Shown: positions 1 through 9,249 of the stretch, piece by piece | Numbering within the stretch: the first letter of the stretch is position 1 | Layout: each line of letters opens with the position of its first letter | DNA from: Candidatus Latescibacterota bacterium | Lineage (GTDB): Bacteria; Krumholzibacteriota; Krumholzibacteriia; WVZY01 | Direction: 5' to 3' | NCBI GenBank assembly: GCA_963791045.1 | Contig: CAWBQK010000006.1 | Location: forward strand, 288,001-352,000 | Length of the DNA stretch: 64,000 nt | The notes under the pieces: model-generated | Told to the model about the DNA's origin: nothing | Seen by the model: the letters and a program-made list of their open reading frames with translations, nothing else | Databases searched by the model: none | Program-made: the position numbers and the translations under genes

Positions 1-637
1 CGTCCGTGGCGAGTATCACGCTGTCGCGGGCGGCCAGTTCGATCGTTGGCCCGATTTCGATGTGCATGTCCGCCGCGCCGATCATGTTTGAAATCAGATG
101 CCGGTCTTCGTGGAACATCGCCGTAGCTTCGTCAAGGAAACCACCCTCGACGGCATATCCGACCGGGGAATGCGCGACTGTTTGAGTTTTGATTTTTCCC
201 CTCTGGCCGACAACGATAATTGTCGAATCGCCAACGTGATACGGACGGACACGGTTTCCCTGGATCTCAAGGGCGGCGAGGGTCGTTGCCGCCCCGATTC
301 CCATTTCCAGGACGTGTTTGTTCGCCTGTTCGAAGCCGTTCAATATGCCGTAACGGAGGTCGCGTTCTTCTTTGAGTGCGTCGGTGATGGATTTCTCGAG
401 GAGTGTTATCGCGATTCCTGATGCCTGCTGGCCGCCTCGAAGCCCGCCGCAGCCATCGGCAACGGCAAGTACGGCGGTGTTTTCCCCGAGCCGCAAAACC
501 GCGGCGGAATCCTCATTTGAGTCCCCGTTGCGGTTGCGGTCGGGAGATCGCGCCGAGTATATCGCCGCGTTACCCGATTCGAGGGAAACGATCTCTCCCT
601 CCTGCAGATCCTGGTTGATGAAAAGGCGTGATTCCAG
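1..637 (-). CDS. PP2C/SpoIIE-family protein serine/threonine phosphatase (3' end runs off the window; absent from the ORF track)
   Basis: Manual minus-strand translation gives ...NEDSAAVL...LAVADGCGGLRGGQQAS...AATTLAAL...YHVGDS...HLISNMIG...VILATD, i.e. the PP2C NED, ADGxGG, GDS and xxTD motifs. GGAGG lies 5 nt before a CTG at 637; the frame stays open to an ATG at 793, so the start is uncertain. Confidence 0.85.
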   Translation of the reverse strand, partial: MESRLFINQDLQEGEIVSLESGNAAIYSARSPDRNRNGDSNEDSAAVLRLGENTAVLAVADGCGGLRGGQQASGIAITLLEKSITDALKEERDLRYGILNGFEQANKHVLEMGIGAATTLAALEIQGNRVRPYHVGDSTIIVVGQRGKIKTQTVAHSPVGYAVEGGFLDEATAMFHEDRHLISNMIGAADMHIEIGPTIELAARDSVILATD

Positions 638-883
638 CGTGGCCTCCCCAAAAATCCGCAAAGCAACGGCCTTTTCAGGAGTACAACGGGTTGGAGATTT
701 TTTGGCAAGGGAAATGTCAGGTGTTTTTGAGGCGCATTTTGAGGGCGGCAAGTACGGCGCCGAGATCTTTGTTGTCGCCGCCGGGCTTTTCATTGGTTTT
801 TCGCGGCCGTGACGATATGATAAACAGCTACTTAGATGCAATCGACAGACACTCCGCGGGTTCGATCTTCAACGAGGAGCAAG

Positions 884-1664
884 ATGAAATCGATTTTGTT
901 TTTGGGTATCGTCACGTTGGTTGTGTCGATTCTGATGGCGAGCTGCCCCGTGCGGGCTCAGGTGAATATCGAAAAGCTCCGCGACGAGCCTCCCGAGGGC
1001 GAATTGGAGGGTAATTTTGCCCTACTGTTCTCCTCCCGGTCGGGTAACGTCGATATCACCCAGTTCAGTGGAAACCTTAGGATGGATTACGCCTCGAAAA
1101 GCTGGAAGTCGTTCCTAATCGTAAGGGGCGTATATGGCTGGCTCTCGGGCGAGCCTTTCTCCAACGAGGGACTGGTTCATCTTCGTTATGTCTACCGCGC
1201 CCGCGGGTGGATTCACCCCGAAACGTATGGCCAGATAGACTACGACGAGGCGCGAAAACTCGATTTTCGCTCGCTCTTCGGCGCGGGATTTCGTTTTAAC
1301 CTCGTTGAGCGCGAGAACTTGAAATTGTCCTGGGGAACCGGGTACATGTACGAATACGAAAGGTTCAATCTCGCGCCCGAGGATCTTCACTCGGAAGAAC
1401 GAGACCAGCCACCGATGGTCCAACTATCTCTCGCTCAAGATCCCTCTTTCCGAGACGTCTGCGATCGTGTGGACGGCCTACGTCCAGCCGCGTTTCGACG
1501 ATTTCCAGGATTTAAAGACATTGAGCGAGGGGGGTGTTGAAACGAAACTCACGAGCGTGCTTACGTTGACAGTTGTCGCGCAGCTAAGATACGATAGTGC
1601 TCCGCCCGACGGAGTGGTTAAACGAGACACGCTTCTTTTGGCCGGTATCGGGATTCAATTTTGA
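884..1664 (+). CDS. DUF481-like outer-membrane beta-barrel protein (one apparent frameshift near 1395-1400)
   Basis: AGGAG RBS, signal peptide MKSILFLG...VRAQVNIE, SGN motif, alternating beta-strands, C-terminal GIGIQF. The frame switches from ORF 836..1540 to ...HRWSNYLSL...WTAYVQP (ORF 1467..1664). Confidence 0.75.
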
Positions 1665-1717
1665 CGAATCGCCGGGGGCTTCTTGATGTGCGCCCCCGGG
1701 AAATGGGAGGACGACGA

Positions 1718-2119
1718 ATGGAAATCACAGTCAGCTTGCGCGAAGGCAAGAAAGTATCGGCAAGGATCAAGGAATTCGACATTGTAACCGATCAATCAAA
1801 AAAAGGTGGGGGCGAGGGTTCGGCGCCCGCGCCGTTTGATTTGTTTCTCGCTTCGATAGCGACATGTGCGGGGTTTTATGTACTCGATTTTTGTCGCACC
1901 AGGAAAATCTCCACCGATCAAGTTCAGTTGGTGATGCGCCCGCGCCGCGATAACGAGATCAAGATGATAGACAAAATCTCGATCGAGGTGCAGCTTCCCG
2001 CTGATTTCCCGGAGAAATATAAGCCCGCTATCATCAGGGCCGTCGACCTTTGTACAGTGAAAAAACACATCGTTCAGGCGCCGGAGTTCGAGACGTATAC
2101 AGCGGTTGCCGGCGAATAG
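1718..2119 (+). CDS. OsmC family protein
   Basis: GGAGG RBS; TDQ...GGEGSAPAPFDLFLASIATC...LCTVKK with both OsmC-family cysteines. Confidence 0.9.
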   Translation: MEITVSLREGKKVSARIKEFDIVTDQSKKGGGEGSAPAPFDLFLASIATCAGFYVLDFCRTRKISTDQVQLVMRPRRDNEIKMIDKISIEVQLPADFPEKYKPAIIRAVDLCTVKKHIVQAPEFETYTAVAGE

Positions 2120-2154
2120 ATCGCGGGATTTGAAGAAATTATAAAGGAGCCGGG

Positions 2155-2934
2155 ATGATCGCCGTCAAAGACCTTTGGAAAACGTTCAAGCTGTCGCGCC
2201 AGCAAAAAAAGGAACTCAAGAACACGCCCGACGAGCCAAAAAACGGCACTGTGGACGCTGTGGCCGGCGTGAGTTTTGAGTGCCGCCCAGGGCGTATTTT
2301 TTCGCTCCTGGGGCCCAACGGGGCGGGAAAGACCACGACGCTACGGATGATAGCCACGCTTTTGAAGCCGTCCGCCGGATCGATCGTGGTCGGAGGTGTC
2401 GATGTGGAGAAAGATCCCCAGGAGGTCAGGCGGAGGCTTGGTTTCCTGACGGGAACGACAAAACTCTACGACCGGTTGACGCCGAATGAGCTTGTGAAAT
2501 ACTACGCGGATCTGCACCGGATGGACGGGGCGGTGTTCGAGAAGCGGCGGGACGAGCTGTTTGAGCTTCTCGATATGAAAGGATTTGCCGGGCGGAGGAT
2601 CGGCAAACTCTCCGGCGGAATGCGTCAAAAAGTCTCTATCGTCCGCACGATGATTCACGATCCGGATGTTGTTGTATTCGACGAGCCGACCGTCGGTCTC
2701 GACGTGATCACTGCGAAAAACATTATCGAGTTGATACGGAACTGCCGGGAGCAGGGAAAGACGGTTATCTTCTCTACTCATATTATGGGAGAAGTGAATC
2801 TTTTGAGCGATGACATGGCGATCATCCATAAGGGAAAACTTGCATTCAACGGCACCAAAGAGGATTTTATGGCACAAATGCAAAGCGAATCGCTCGAAGA
2901 AGAATTCATCCGTTTGGTAGAGGGGGTGAAGTGA
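2155..2934 (+). CDS. natA: ABC transporter ATP-binding protein, NatA-like (Na+ export)
   Basis: Walker A GPNGAGKTT, signature LSGGMRQK, Walker B VVFDEPT, FSTH; coupled to a NatB-like permease. Confidence 0.85.
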   Translation: MIAVKDLWKTFKLSRQQKKELKNTPDEPKNGTVDAVAGVSFECRPGRIFSLLGPNGAGKTTTLRMIATLLKPSAGSIVVGGVDVEKDPQEVRRRLGFLTGTTKLYDRLTPNELVKYYADLHRMDGAVFEKRRDELFELLDMKGFAGRRIGKLSGGMRQKVSIVRTMIHDPDVVVFDEPTVGLDVITAKNIIELIRNCREQGKTVIFSTHIMGEVNLLSDDMAIIHKGKLAFNGTKEDFMAQMQSESLEEEFIRLVEGVK

Positions 2935-4130
2935 TGAGGACGATCACCACGATTTTCAAGAAAGAGCTCGTCGATTCGATTCGCGACCGTCGCACACTTA
3001 TGGCGATGATTGTGGTTCCGCTTTTGCTTTATCCGTTCCTGATAAGTGTCTCGTCGAGCATGATGATTTCACAGGCGAGAAAGGCGCAGGAGAAAACGCT
3101 GAAGATCGCGCTGATTGCGAACGGTAACGTAGCGTCGTTCCGTGAGATGCTTCTCGAGCGCGACGATCTTCTCGTTGCCGAAAATATGCCTCTCGAAGAG
3201 GCGAAAGAACTCGTTCGTATCGACTCGCTCGATGTAGTGCTCGTCGTCGACGCCGACTTCGACAAACGCGTCGGCGAACTCGGAGCGGGCGGAATGATGC
3301 TGTATCACAAATCGACAGAGAGCAGTGAGATAGAGGTCCGACGGGTCCGTCGGATGGTCGAGAGCTACGGAGATGACCTCCGAGACGAACGTTTTGCCCG
3401 ACTCGATCTCGATGTATCGATGATAGAAACAATCGAGATAAACGACGAAAACCTCGCGTCGGCAAAGGAGAGAATTGCCGAGGAGGTCGGCGGTTTTCTC
3501 CCGTACTTGATAATTATTTTCTGTTTTATGGGAAGCATGTACCCGGCGATCGACCTGGCGGCGGGCGAAAAAGAGCGGGGCACGCTGGAGACTTTGTTGA
3601 CGTCCCCGGCAGGTCGTCTCGAAATTCTCCTGGGAAAGTTCGGGGTGGTCGTTCTGACGGGAATCGTCACGGCGGGCGTTTCGATTTTCGGGATGTATCT
3701 CGGAATCCGAACGAGCAAGGAAATCCCGCAGGAGCTTCTCCAGGTGATTATGAACATGCTCGAGTGGGATTCTATCGCGCTAACCCTGTCTTTGTTATTA
3801 CCGCTCACCGTGTTCTTTGCCGCGTTCTTGCTGTCGATATCAATATTCGCCAAATCGTTCAAGGAAGCCCAGAGTGTGATTTCTCCGTTGTTCGTCGTGA
3901 TTATTATTCCCGCGTTCATCGGTCTTATGCCCGGGATGACTCTGAATACGAAGACGGCGTTGATCCCGATTCTGAACGTGTCGCTTGCCACCAAGGCGAT
4001 CATCGCCGACACAATTACACCGATGATATTCGTGGAGGTTTATCTGTCGCTCATTGCACTTGCTCTCGTGAGTTTGTGGGTCTGTGCATGGTTCTTTGGG
4101 CGCGAGAGTACGATCTTTCGTGGATCGTGA
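2931..4130 (+). CDS. natB: ABC transporter permease, NatB-like
   Basis: KKELVDSIRDRRTL N-terminus, AGEKERGTLETLLTSP and AKSFKEAQ motifs, multiple TM helices; 4-nt overlap with natA. Confidence 0.85.
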   Translation: MMRTITTIFKKELVDSIRDRRTLMAMIVVPLLLYPFLISVSSSMMISQARKAQEKTLKIALIANGNVASFREMLLERDDLLVAENMPLEEAKELVRIDSLDVVLVVDADFDKRVGELGAGGMMLYHKSTESSEIEVRRVRRMVESYGDDLRDERFARLDLDVSMIETIEINDENLASAKERIAEEVGGFLPYLIIIFCFMGSMYPAIDLAAGEKERGTLETLLTSPAGRLEILLGKFGVVVLTGIVTAGVSIFGMYLGIRTSKEIPQELLQVIMNMLEWDSIALTLSLLLPLTVFFAAFLLSISIFAKSFKEAQSVISPLFVVIIIPAFIGLMPGMTLNTKTALIPILNVSLATKAIIADTITPMIFVEVYLSLIALALVSLWVCAWFFGRESTIFRGS

Positions 4131-4190
4131 TCCGGCCCGGTTCGTTCAAGTGTTGCGTCCGCAAAGCGCTGATCAGTGTGAGGTGTCCGA

Positions 4191-5021
4191 TTGATCGAAC
4201 ATGATCTCCTGGGGATTCGATATTTCTCATACGATATTTTCGAGCCCTACCAGAATTTGACGAGCGTAGTAACGACGCGCCGGCGGGGCCGGAGCAAGGC
4301 GCCTTATGATTCGCTAAACCTGGGGCTTCACGTTGGCGATGATCCGGATGCCGTTCTCGAGAACAGGGCGATCGCCGGGCAGATTTTCGGGTTTGAGCCC
4401 GAGACGTTCACGGTGGCGCGCCAGGTTCACGGGGCAAATGTCCTCGCCGTTGGATCGGCCGACGAGGGTAGAGGCGCGATCGTTGAAGACGATGCGTTGC
4501 CCGATGCCGACGCCATGATTTCCAGAGCGCCGGGTTTTCCACTCGCCGTTCTCGTCGCTGATTGCGTTGCTCTTTCGTTTTTTGATCCAGTCAAGATCGC
4601 GGTTGGTGTCGCGCACGCGGGTTGGAAGGGAACACTCGGGAGAATCGCCGAAGCCACGGTTGGCGCGATGACGACAGAATATGGTACGTCGCCGTCGGAC
4701 CTCCGTGTCGGTGTGAGTCCTTCGATCGGGAAATGTCACTACGAAATCGATGGGGATGTCGCCGGATTATTCCGGGACGAATTTGGGGAAAACGCCTCTG
4801 TCTTTCTCAGCGAAGATTCGGACAAGCTCCATCTCGACCTTTGGGAAGCCAACCGTCTCCAACTCGTCGGCGCCGGTGTGCCAGCGGATCGAATCGAGAT
4901 CGCGGCGAAGTGCACCGCCTGCGAATCGAACATGTTCTACTCCCACCGCGGGGACAAAGGTTCAACCGGTCGCTTTGCCGCCATCGTCATGCTCCATTAC
5001 TCCGGTAGCCGAACCTACTAA
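4191..5021 (+). CDS. pgeF: PgeF/YfiH (laccase-domain, purine nucleoside phosphorylase-like) protein
   Basis: SLNLGLHVGDD, QVHG, VADC, HAGWKG, CTAC...FYSHR...TGR motifs. Confidence 0.9.
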   Translation: MIEHDLLGIRYFSYDIFEPYQNLTSVVTTRRRGRSKAPYDSLNLGLHVGDDPDAVLENRAIAGQIFGFEPETFTVARQVHGANVLAVGSADEGRGAIVEDDALPDADAMISRAPGFPLAVLVADCVALSFFDPVKIAVGVAHAGWKGTLGRIAEATVGAMTTEYGTSPSDLRVGVSPSIGKCHYEIDGDVAGLFRDEFGENASVFLSEDSDKLHLDLWEANRLQLVGAGVPADRIEIAAKCTACESNMFYSHRGDKGSTGRFAAIVMLHYSGSRTY

Positions 5022-5210
5022 TCCACTTCCAGGCTGCCCCCTTCCTTCCTGTGCCCGTTCCGATCCGTCCCCCACGCAACTTAGCCTGCGGCAAATACGT
5101 AGTAATTATCAGCGTCAGACGGTTCATTTATAATCTTGACACAAAGACGGGTATCGGGCATATAAGAATAAGAATTCGTGTTCTGGTATCTGGCTTTTCT
5201 GTCTGAAAGG

Positions 5211-5915
5211 GTGAGCAGGTTGTCAAACACCAGAATCGGGATATTGATCGTGGCGGGCGTTCTTCTGGCCGTGAGTGCTTTGATGCCGTCCCCCAGTGTG
5301 GCCGGCTGGAAACACGACAACGAAAGAGTTAAGGGGTCCGGCCACGTCGTCGAAAAAGTGCTGGATCTGGACGGGTTTGACCGGGTTCGAATCAACGCGG
5401 TGGCGGACGTCGACATAAAGATCGGTCGAAAATTCAGTGTGGTGCTTGAGGCCGAAGATAATATCATCGATCTCGTCGAGGTCGACGTGGTTGGCGGGAA
5501 ACTCGTAATCGATATGGATAACGACTACAGCATCGATACAGACGAGGACATTCATTTTGAGATAACGATGCCCGAACTCGAAGGTCTTGATTTTCGGGGG
5601 GTCGGCGACGTCCGCGTAACGGACCTTGACGCCGAGGAACTCGAGATCGAATGCCCGGGAGTGGGTAAGTTGTATTGTGAGGGGAAGGCGAAGCGCCTCG
5701 ACATTGATTTCTCCGGCGTCGGTTCGATGGATCTGGGTGACCTGGTGGCCGCCCGCGCAAGAGTTCGGGTCGACGGCGTCGGGAATGTGACCGTGAACGT
5801 GCAAGACGATCTCGACGTGAATGTCAACGGGATGGGAAAGGTCAAATATTACGGAGATCCCGACAAGGTGCGGTCGAGCATAAATGGTTGGGGAAAGATA
5901 TCGCGCGCAAAGTGA
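5211..5915 (+). CDS. DUF2807 / head-GIN-domain secreted protein
   Basis: Signal peptide, VKGSG motif, repeated GVG/SGVG beta-solenoid units, YYGDP C-terminus; start uncertain (5211 GTG or 5220 TTG). Confidence 0.8.
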   Translation: MSRLSNTRIGILIVAGVLLAVSALMPSPSVAGWKHDNERVKGSGHVVEKVLDLDGFDRVRINAVADVDIKIGRKFSVVLEAEDNIIDLVEVDVVGGKLVIDMDNDYSIDTDEDIHFEITMPELEGLDFRGVGDVRVTDLDAEELEIECPGVGKLYCEGKAKRLDIDFSGVGSMDLGDLVAARARVRVDGVGNVTVNVQDDLDVNVNGMGKVKYYGDPDKVRSSINGWGKISRAK

Positions 5916-5986
5916 TGCGGTATTTGTTGTTATAACAGAACCCGAATACTAGTTCGTAATTGTGGTGCTCTGACACCCAGGATTCG

Positions 5987-6643
5987 ATGATGAACCATCT
6001 GCGTCCTCCAAAACAACGCCGGAGTCGTGAAACGCTCCAGAAGTTTCTCGACGCCACGAGAGAGCTTCTCGAGGAGAAGAGCTTCGACGATATCTCCGTG
6101 GCCGAAATAACGCGTAAAGCGGGCGCGTCGGTCGGGGCTTTTTACGCCCGTTTCGATGACAAAGAGGGGTTGCTCGAATACCTCAACGGCCTGTTCGATG
6201 CCGAGATCACCGGAGACGTTCGCCGGACTATCGATTCAAAAAATTGGAATGAAGCCCCTTTGGAATCAGTGGTAACTGAACTACTCCAGGTTCTGGTTCG
6301 AAGCCACCGTCACCACCGAGGGACATTGAGGGCCCTGGTTCTTCGGACCCTGGCCGGTGGCGGTGGGGCGGAGCGGCCGAACGACATGCCCGAGGGGCTT
6401 TCGCCGGCGAAGCCCCTCGTCGACGAGATCCTCAGACGCCGGAATCTCATCAACCACCCCAATCCGGATGTTGCGGTTCACCTCGGTCTGGCTATGGCGG
6501 CGAGCGCGGTGCGCGACAGGGTTCTCTACCCCGAGCTTGGGGCTGACACCCGCCCGCGGACCCCGATTACCGATGCCGTTTTTGTCGAGGAACTCACCCG
6601 TGTTTTTCTTGCCTTTCTCGGCTTTAGTCCCGACAATCGATAG
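5987..6643 (+). CDS. TetR/AcrR family transcriptional regulator
   Basis: PKQRRSRET...SVAEITRKAGASVGAFYARFDDKE helix-turn-helix. Confidence 0.9.
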   Translation: MMNHLRPPKQRRSRETLQKFLDATRELLEEKSFDDISVAEITRKAGASVGAFYARFDDKEGLLEYLNGLFDAEITGDVRRTIDSKNWNEAPLESVVTELLQVLVRSHRHHRGTLRALVLRTLAGGGGAERPNDMPEGLSPAKPLVDEILRRRNLINHPNPDVAVHLGLAMAASAVRDRVLYPELGADTRPRTPITDAVFVEELTRVFLAFLGFSPDNR

Positions 6644-6667
6644 TCGGGCAGCGGGAGGGCCCCCACA

Positions 6668-7195
6668 ATGCGGCGTAATTCCGACGCGATATTCTTCGAA
6701 GAACAGCCCCTTAGAGATAACAAGTTTTTCTATCTGGTTCTCGTTGGCGGGATCGGCATGATTGGTTTCTTCGCTTACGCGATGTATGTCCAGCTTGTCG
6801 AAGGCAAGCCCTACGGCGACAGGCCGATGGGGGATACGGGTCTTGCGATAATGGGGACCTTGTATATCTTGTTGGGCGTCGCGATGTTGTATTTCTTCTT
6901 CAAGGGCCGTTTGACCACCGAGGTGCGCCCGTCGGGTCTGTTTGTCAGGTATTTTCCGTTTCACATGCGGTACCAACAGATAGCGCTGGATGGTATTGAA
7001 ACGTGCAGTGCACGTACGTACCGCCCGATAAGGGAGTATGGTGGGTGGGGAATACGGAGCGGGCCGGGAAAGAAGGCGTACAATGTAGCGGGAAACAGCG
7101 GCGTCGAGATTGTGTACGAAAACGGCAAGACCCTTCTGATCGGCTCCAGGAAATCGGGGCAGCTCGAAAGCGCAATAGACTCGATCCGGAGATAG
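6668..7195 (+). CDS. Small membrane protein (DUF6141 / bacterial PH-domain-like)
   Basis: Two TM helices followed by YRPIREYGGWGIR...AYNVAG...LLIGS, typical of this family. Confidence 0.7.
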   Translation: MRRNSDAIFFEEQPLRDNKFFYLVLVGGIGMIGFFAYAMYVQLVEGKPYGDRPMGDTGLAIMGTLYILLGVAMLYFFFKGRLTTEVRPSGLFVRYFPFHMRYQQIALDGIETCSARTYRPIREYGGWGIRSGPGKKAYNVAGNSGVEIVYENGKTLLIGSRKSGQLESAIDSIRR

Positions 7196-7211
7196 CCGTG
7201 CGATCATTAAG

Positions 7212-8117
7212 ATGAAAATTGAAATTCCCGATCCCCACAAAAAACATCTCAGGCTCGGTACCTGCTCATGGAAGTATGATTCCTGGAAGGGCCTCTACTA
7301 CGATTCCGCACGCAAATACCGCGCGGACGATTACCTGGCTGATTACTCGTACTGGTTGAATTCGGTCGAGGTTGATCAGTGGTTCTGGAGCCTGTTCCCC
7401 GGCGGGGTCAGACTCCCCGAGCCAACGACGGTTAAAACGTATGCCGAAAGCGTGCCCGATGATTTCGTGTTTACGGTCAAGGCGCCAAACTCGATTACGT
7501 TGACGCATTATTATTCGCGACAGCCGAAAAACTACAAGGAATTTGCGGGACGACAAAACGAGCACTTTTTGGACAACGGATTGTTGGAAAGATTTCTCGA
7601 ACTACTCGCTCCTTTTGGGAAAAAACTGGGGCCGGTGATGTTTCAGTTCGAGTATTTGAACAAGAACAAGATGCCGTCCAGGGAAGTGTTCCTCGAAAGA
7701 TTTGGCGAGTTTATTGATCGGGCTCCCGCCGGTTTCGAGTATGCGCTCGAGTGCCGGAACCCCAACTATTTTTCGCCGGCTCTGTTTGAATTTATGGGGA
7801 ATCACAAGATTGGCTTTGTATATTTGGAGGGGTACTACATGCCTCCGATCGGCGACGTTTTCGAAAAGTACCGTCCCGCGACGTCGGATAGCTGTGTGAT
7901 CCGACTTCACGGGGGCGACAGATCCGAGATCGAAAAAGAAACAGGCGAGGTCTGGAGCCGGATCGTTGCTCCGAAGCCAGAAGGGATCGAAGCGGCGGCA
8001 AAGATTGTTGCGGAAAACACGGAGAAGGGAACCCGGACGTTTCTGAATGTCAACAATCACTACGAGGGAAGCGCCCCGCTCACGATCGAGCGGTTTCTTG
8101 AGGTGCTTGCCCGTTAA
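7212..8117 (+). CDS. DUF72 domain protein
   Basis: LGTCSWKYDSWKG, VEVD, FTVKAP...THY, LECRN, IRLHG, VNNHYEG motifs. Confidence 0.9.
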   Translation: MKIEIPDPHKKHLRLGTCSWKYDSWKGLYYDSARKYRADDYLADYSYWLNSVEVDQWFWSLFPGGVRLPEPTTVKTYAESVPDDFVFTVKAPNSITLTHYYSRQPKNYKEFAGRQNEHFLDNGLLERFLELLAPFGKKLGPVMFQFEYLNKNKMPSREVFLERFGEFIDRAPAGFEYALECRNPNYFSPALFEFMGNHKIGFVYLEGYYMPPIGDVFEKYRPATSDSCVIRLHGGDRSEIEKETGEVWSRIVAPKPEGIEAAAKIVAENTEKGTRTFLNVNNHYEGSAPLTIERFLEVLAR

Positions 8118-8129
8118 GCGCAGGACGAC

Positions 8130-8822
8130 ATGATCGATTTCAATCGTCATAGAATTCTCACTTTCGATTGTTTTGGGACGCTGATCGATTGGGAGGGCGG
8201 AATCCTCGGCGCGGTGCGGCCGGTGCTCGCGCGATGCGGGGTGGAAGCCGATGATCGCACGATCCTCGAGACATACGCGGAAATCGAGGCCAAACACGAA
8301 GAGGGCGACTTCGTTGATTACAGGTTCGTGCTTCGTTTTGTGATGACCGAGATGAGTCTGCGGTTCGGTTTCGATGCGGAACCGTCGGAACTGGATTGTC
8401 TGTCGAAATCAATAGGCGGCTGGGAACCGTTCCCCGACACGATTGACTCTCTGCGTCAACTGAGGAACCGGTTCAAGCTGGCGATCGTGTCGAACATCGA
8501 CGACGAGTTGTTTGCCGATACAGCAAGACGGCTCGAAATTCCATTCGACTGGATCATCACCGCCCAGCAGGCCCGCGCCTACAAGCCGTCGCCTCGAATG
8601 TTTGAATATGCGTTGCGAGAGATTGGACGACCACGCGAAGAAATCATCCACGTCGCACAGAGTATTTACCACGACATAGTCCCGGCCCGCGCGCTCGGGC
8701 TTGCCACGGTGTGGGTGAACCGCCGCGCCGGCAGGGAAGGATACGGTGCGACCCCGGCGGCCGCCGCGACGCCCGATCTCGAAATCCCCGACCTCGCCAC
8801 CCTTGTCAAGCTTATCGACTGA
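8130..8822 (+). CDS. Haloacid dehalogenase type II (HAD hydrolase)
   Basis: TFDCFGTLIDWE, SNIDD, YKP, HVAQSIYHDIVPA, WVNR motifs. Confidence 0.9.
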   Translation: MIDFNRHRILTFDCFGTLIDWEGGILGAVRPVLARCGVEADDRTILETYAEIEAKHEEGDFVDYRFVLRFVMTEMSLRFGFDAEPSELDCLSKSIGGWEPFPDTIDSLRQLRNRFKLAIVSNIDDELFADTARRLEIPFDWIITAQQARAYKPSPRMFEYALREIGRPREEIIHVAQSIYHDIVPARALGLATVWVNRRAGREGYGATPAAAATPDLEIPDLATLVKLID

Positions 8823-8842
8823 TCACAATCCGGCGCGGGTCG

Positions 8843-8955
8843 GACGGTGCGATCTTTCTCTGGCCCTCGCTCCGCTTCGCTCGACTAACCGTCGGCTGCG
8901 CCGACGGTGGATTCTCGCTCGCTCCCGCGGAAGGGCCTTTCGAAAGACCGCACCG
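8843..8955 (+). repeat. Structured dispersed repeat, copy 1 (REP/MITE-like)
   Basis: Aligns by eye with the reverse complement of 24077..24210 (about 10 substitutions and one 21-nt indel); ends CGGTGCG...CGCACCG are complementary; internal hairpins. Confidence 0.9.
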
Positions 8956-9249
8956 ACCTTTTAAGGTGTAGGCGCGGGTGGCCGTTCACGATCTGGGTAG
9001 TTGAAGCGTTTGAGCTTAACAACCCACACTCGCTTCGCTCGCCGGTGGGGCCCCCAGGACGGCGGAGCGTCGCGGAGTGCGGGTGGCGTGCACGGCGCTT
9101 TTGTCGACGAATTAGTGGTCGTGTCGTGACCGGTGCTACTATCGGCGAATCAGTAAGCCGCACGAAGCGTAAGCGAGCACGCCTGGGGTGGCCGATGACA
9201 GGACCCGTGCCGGGCCAGAAGGAACCCTTGCAGGACAACCAGCAGGGAG

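Noticed and set aside
1395-1410. Programmed frameshift in the DUF481 gene
   Set aside because: No slippery heptamer is present; it matches the single-insertion error pattern seen elsewhere.
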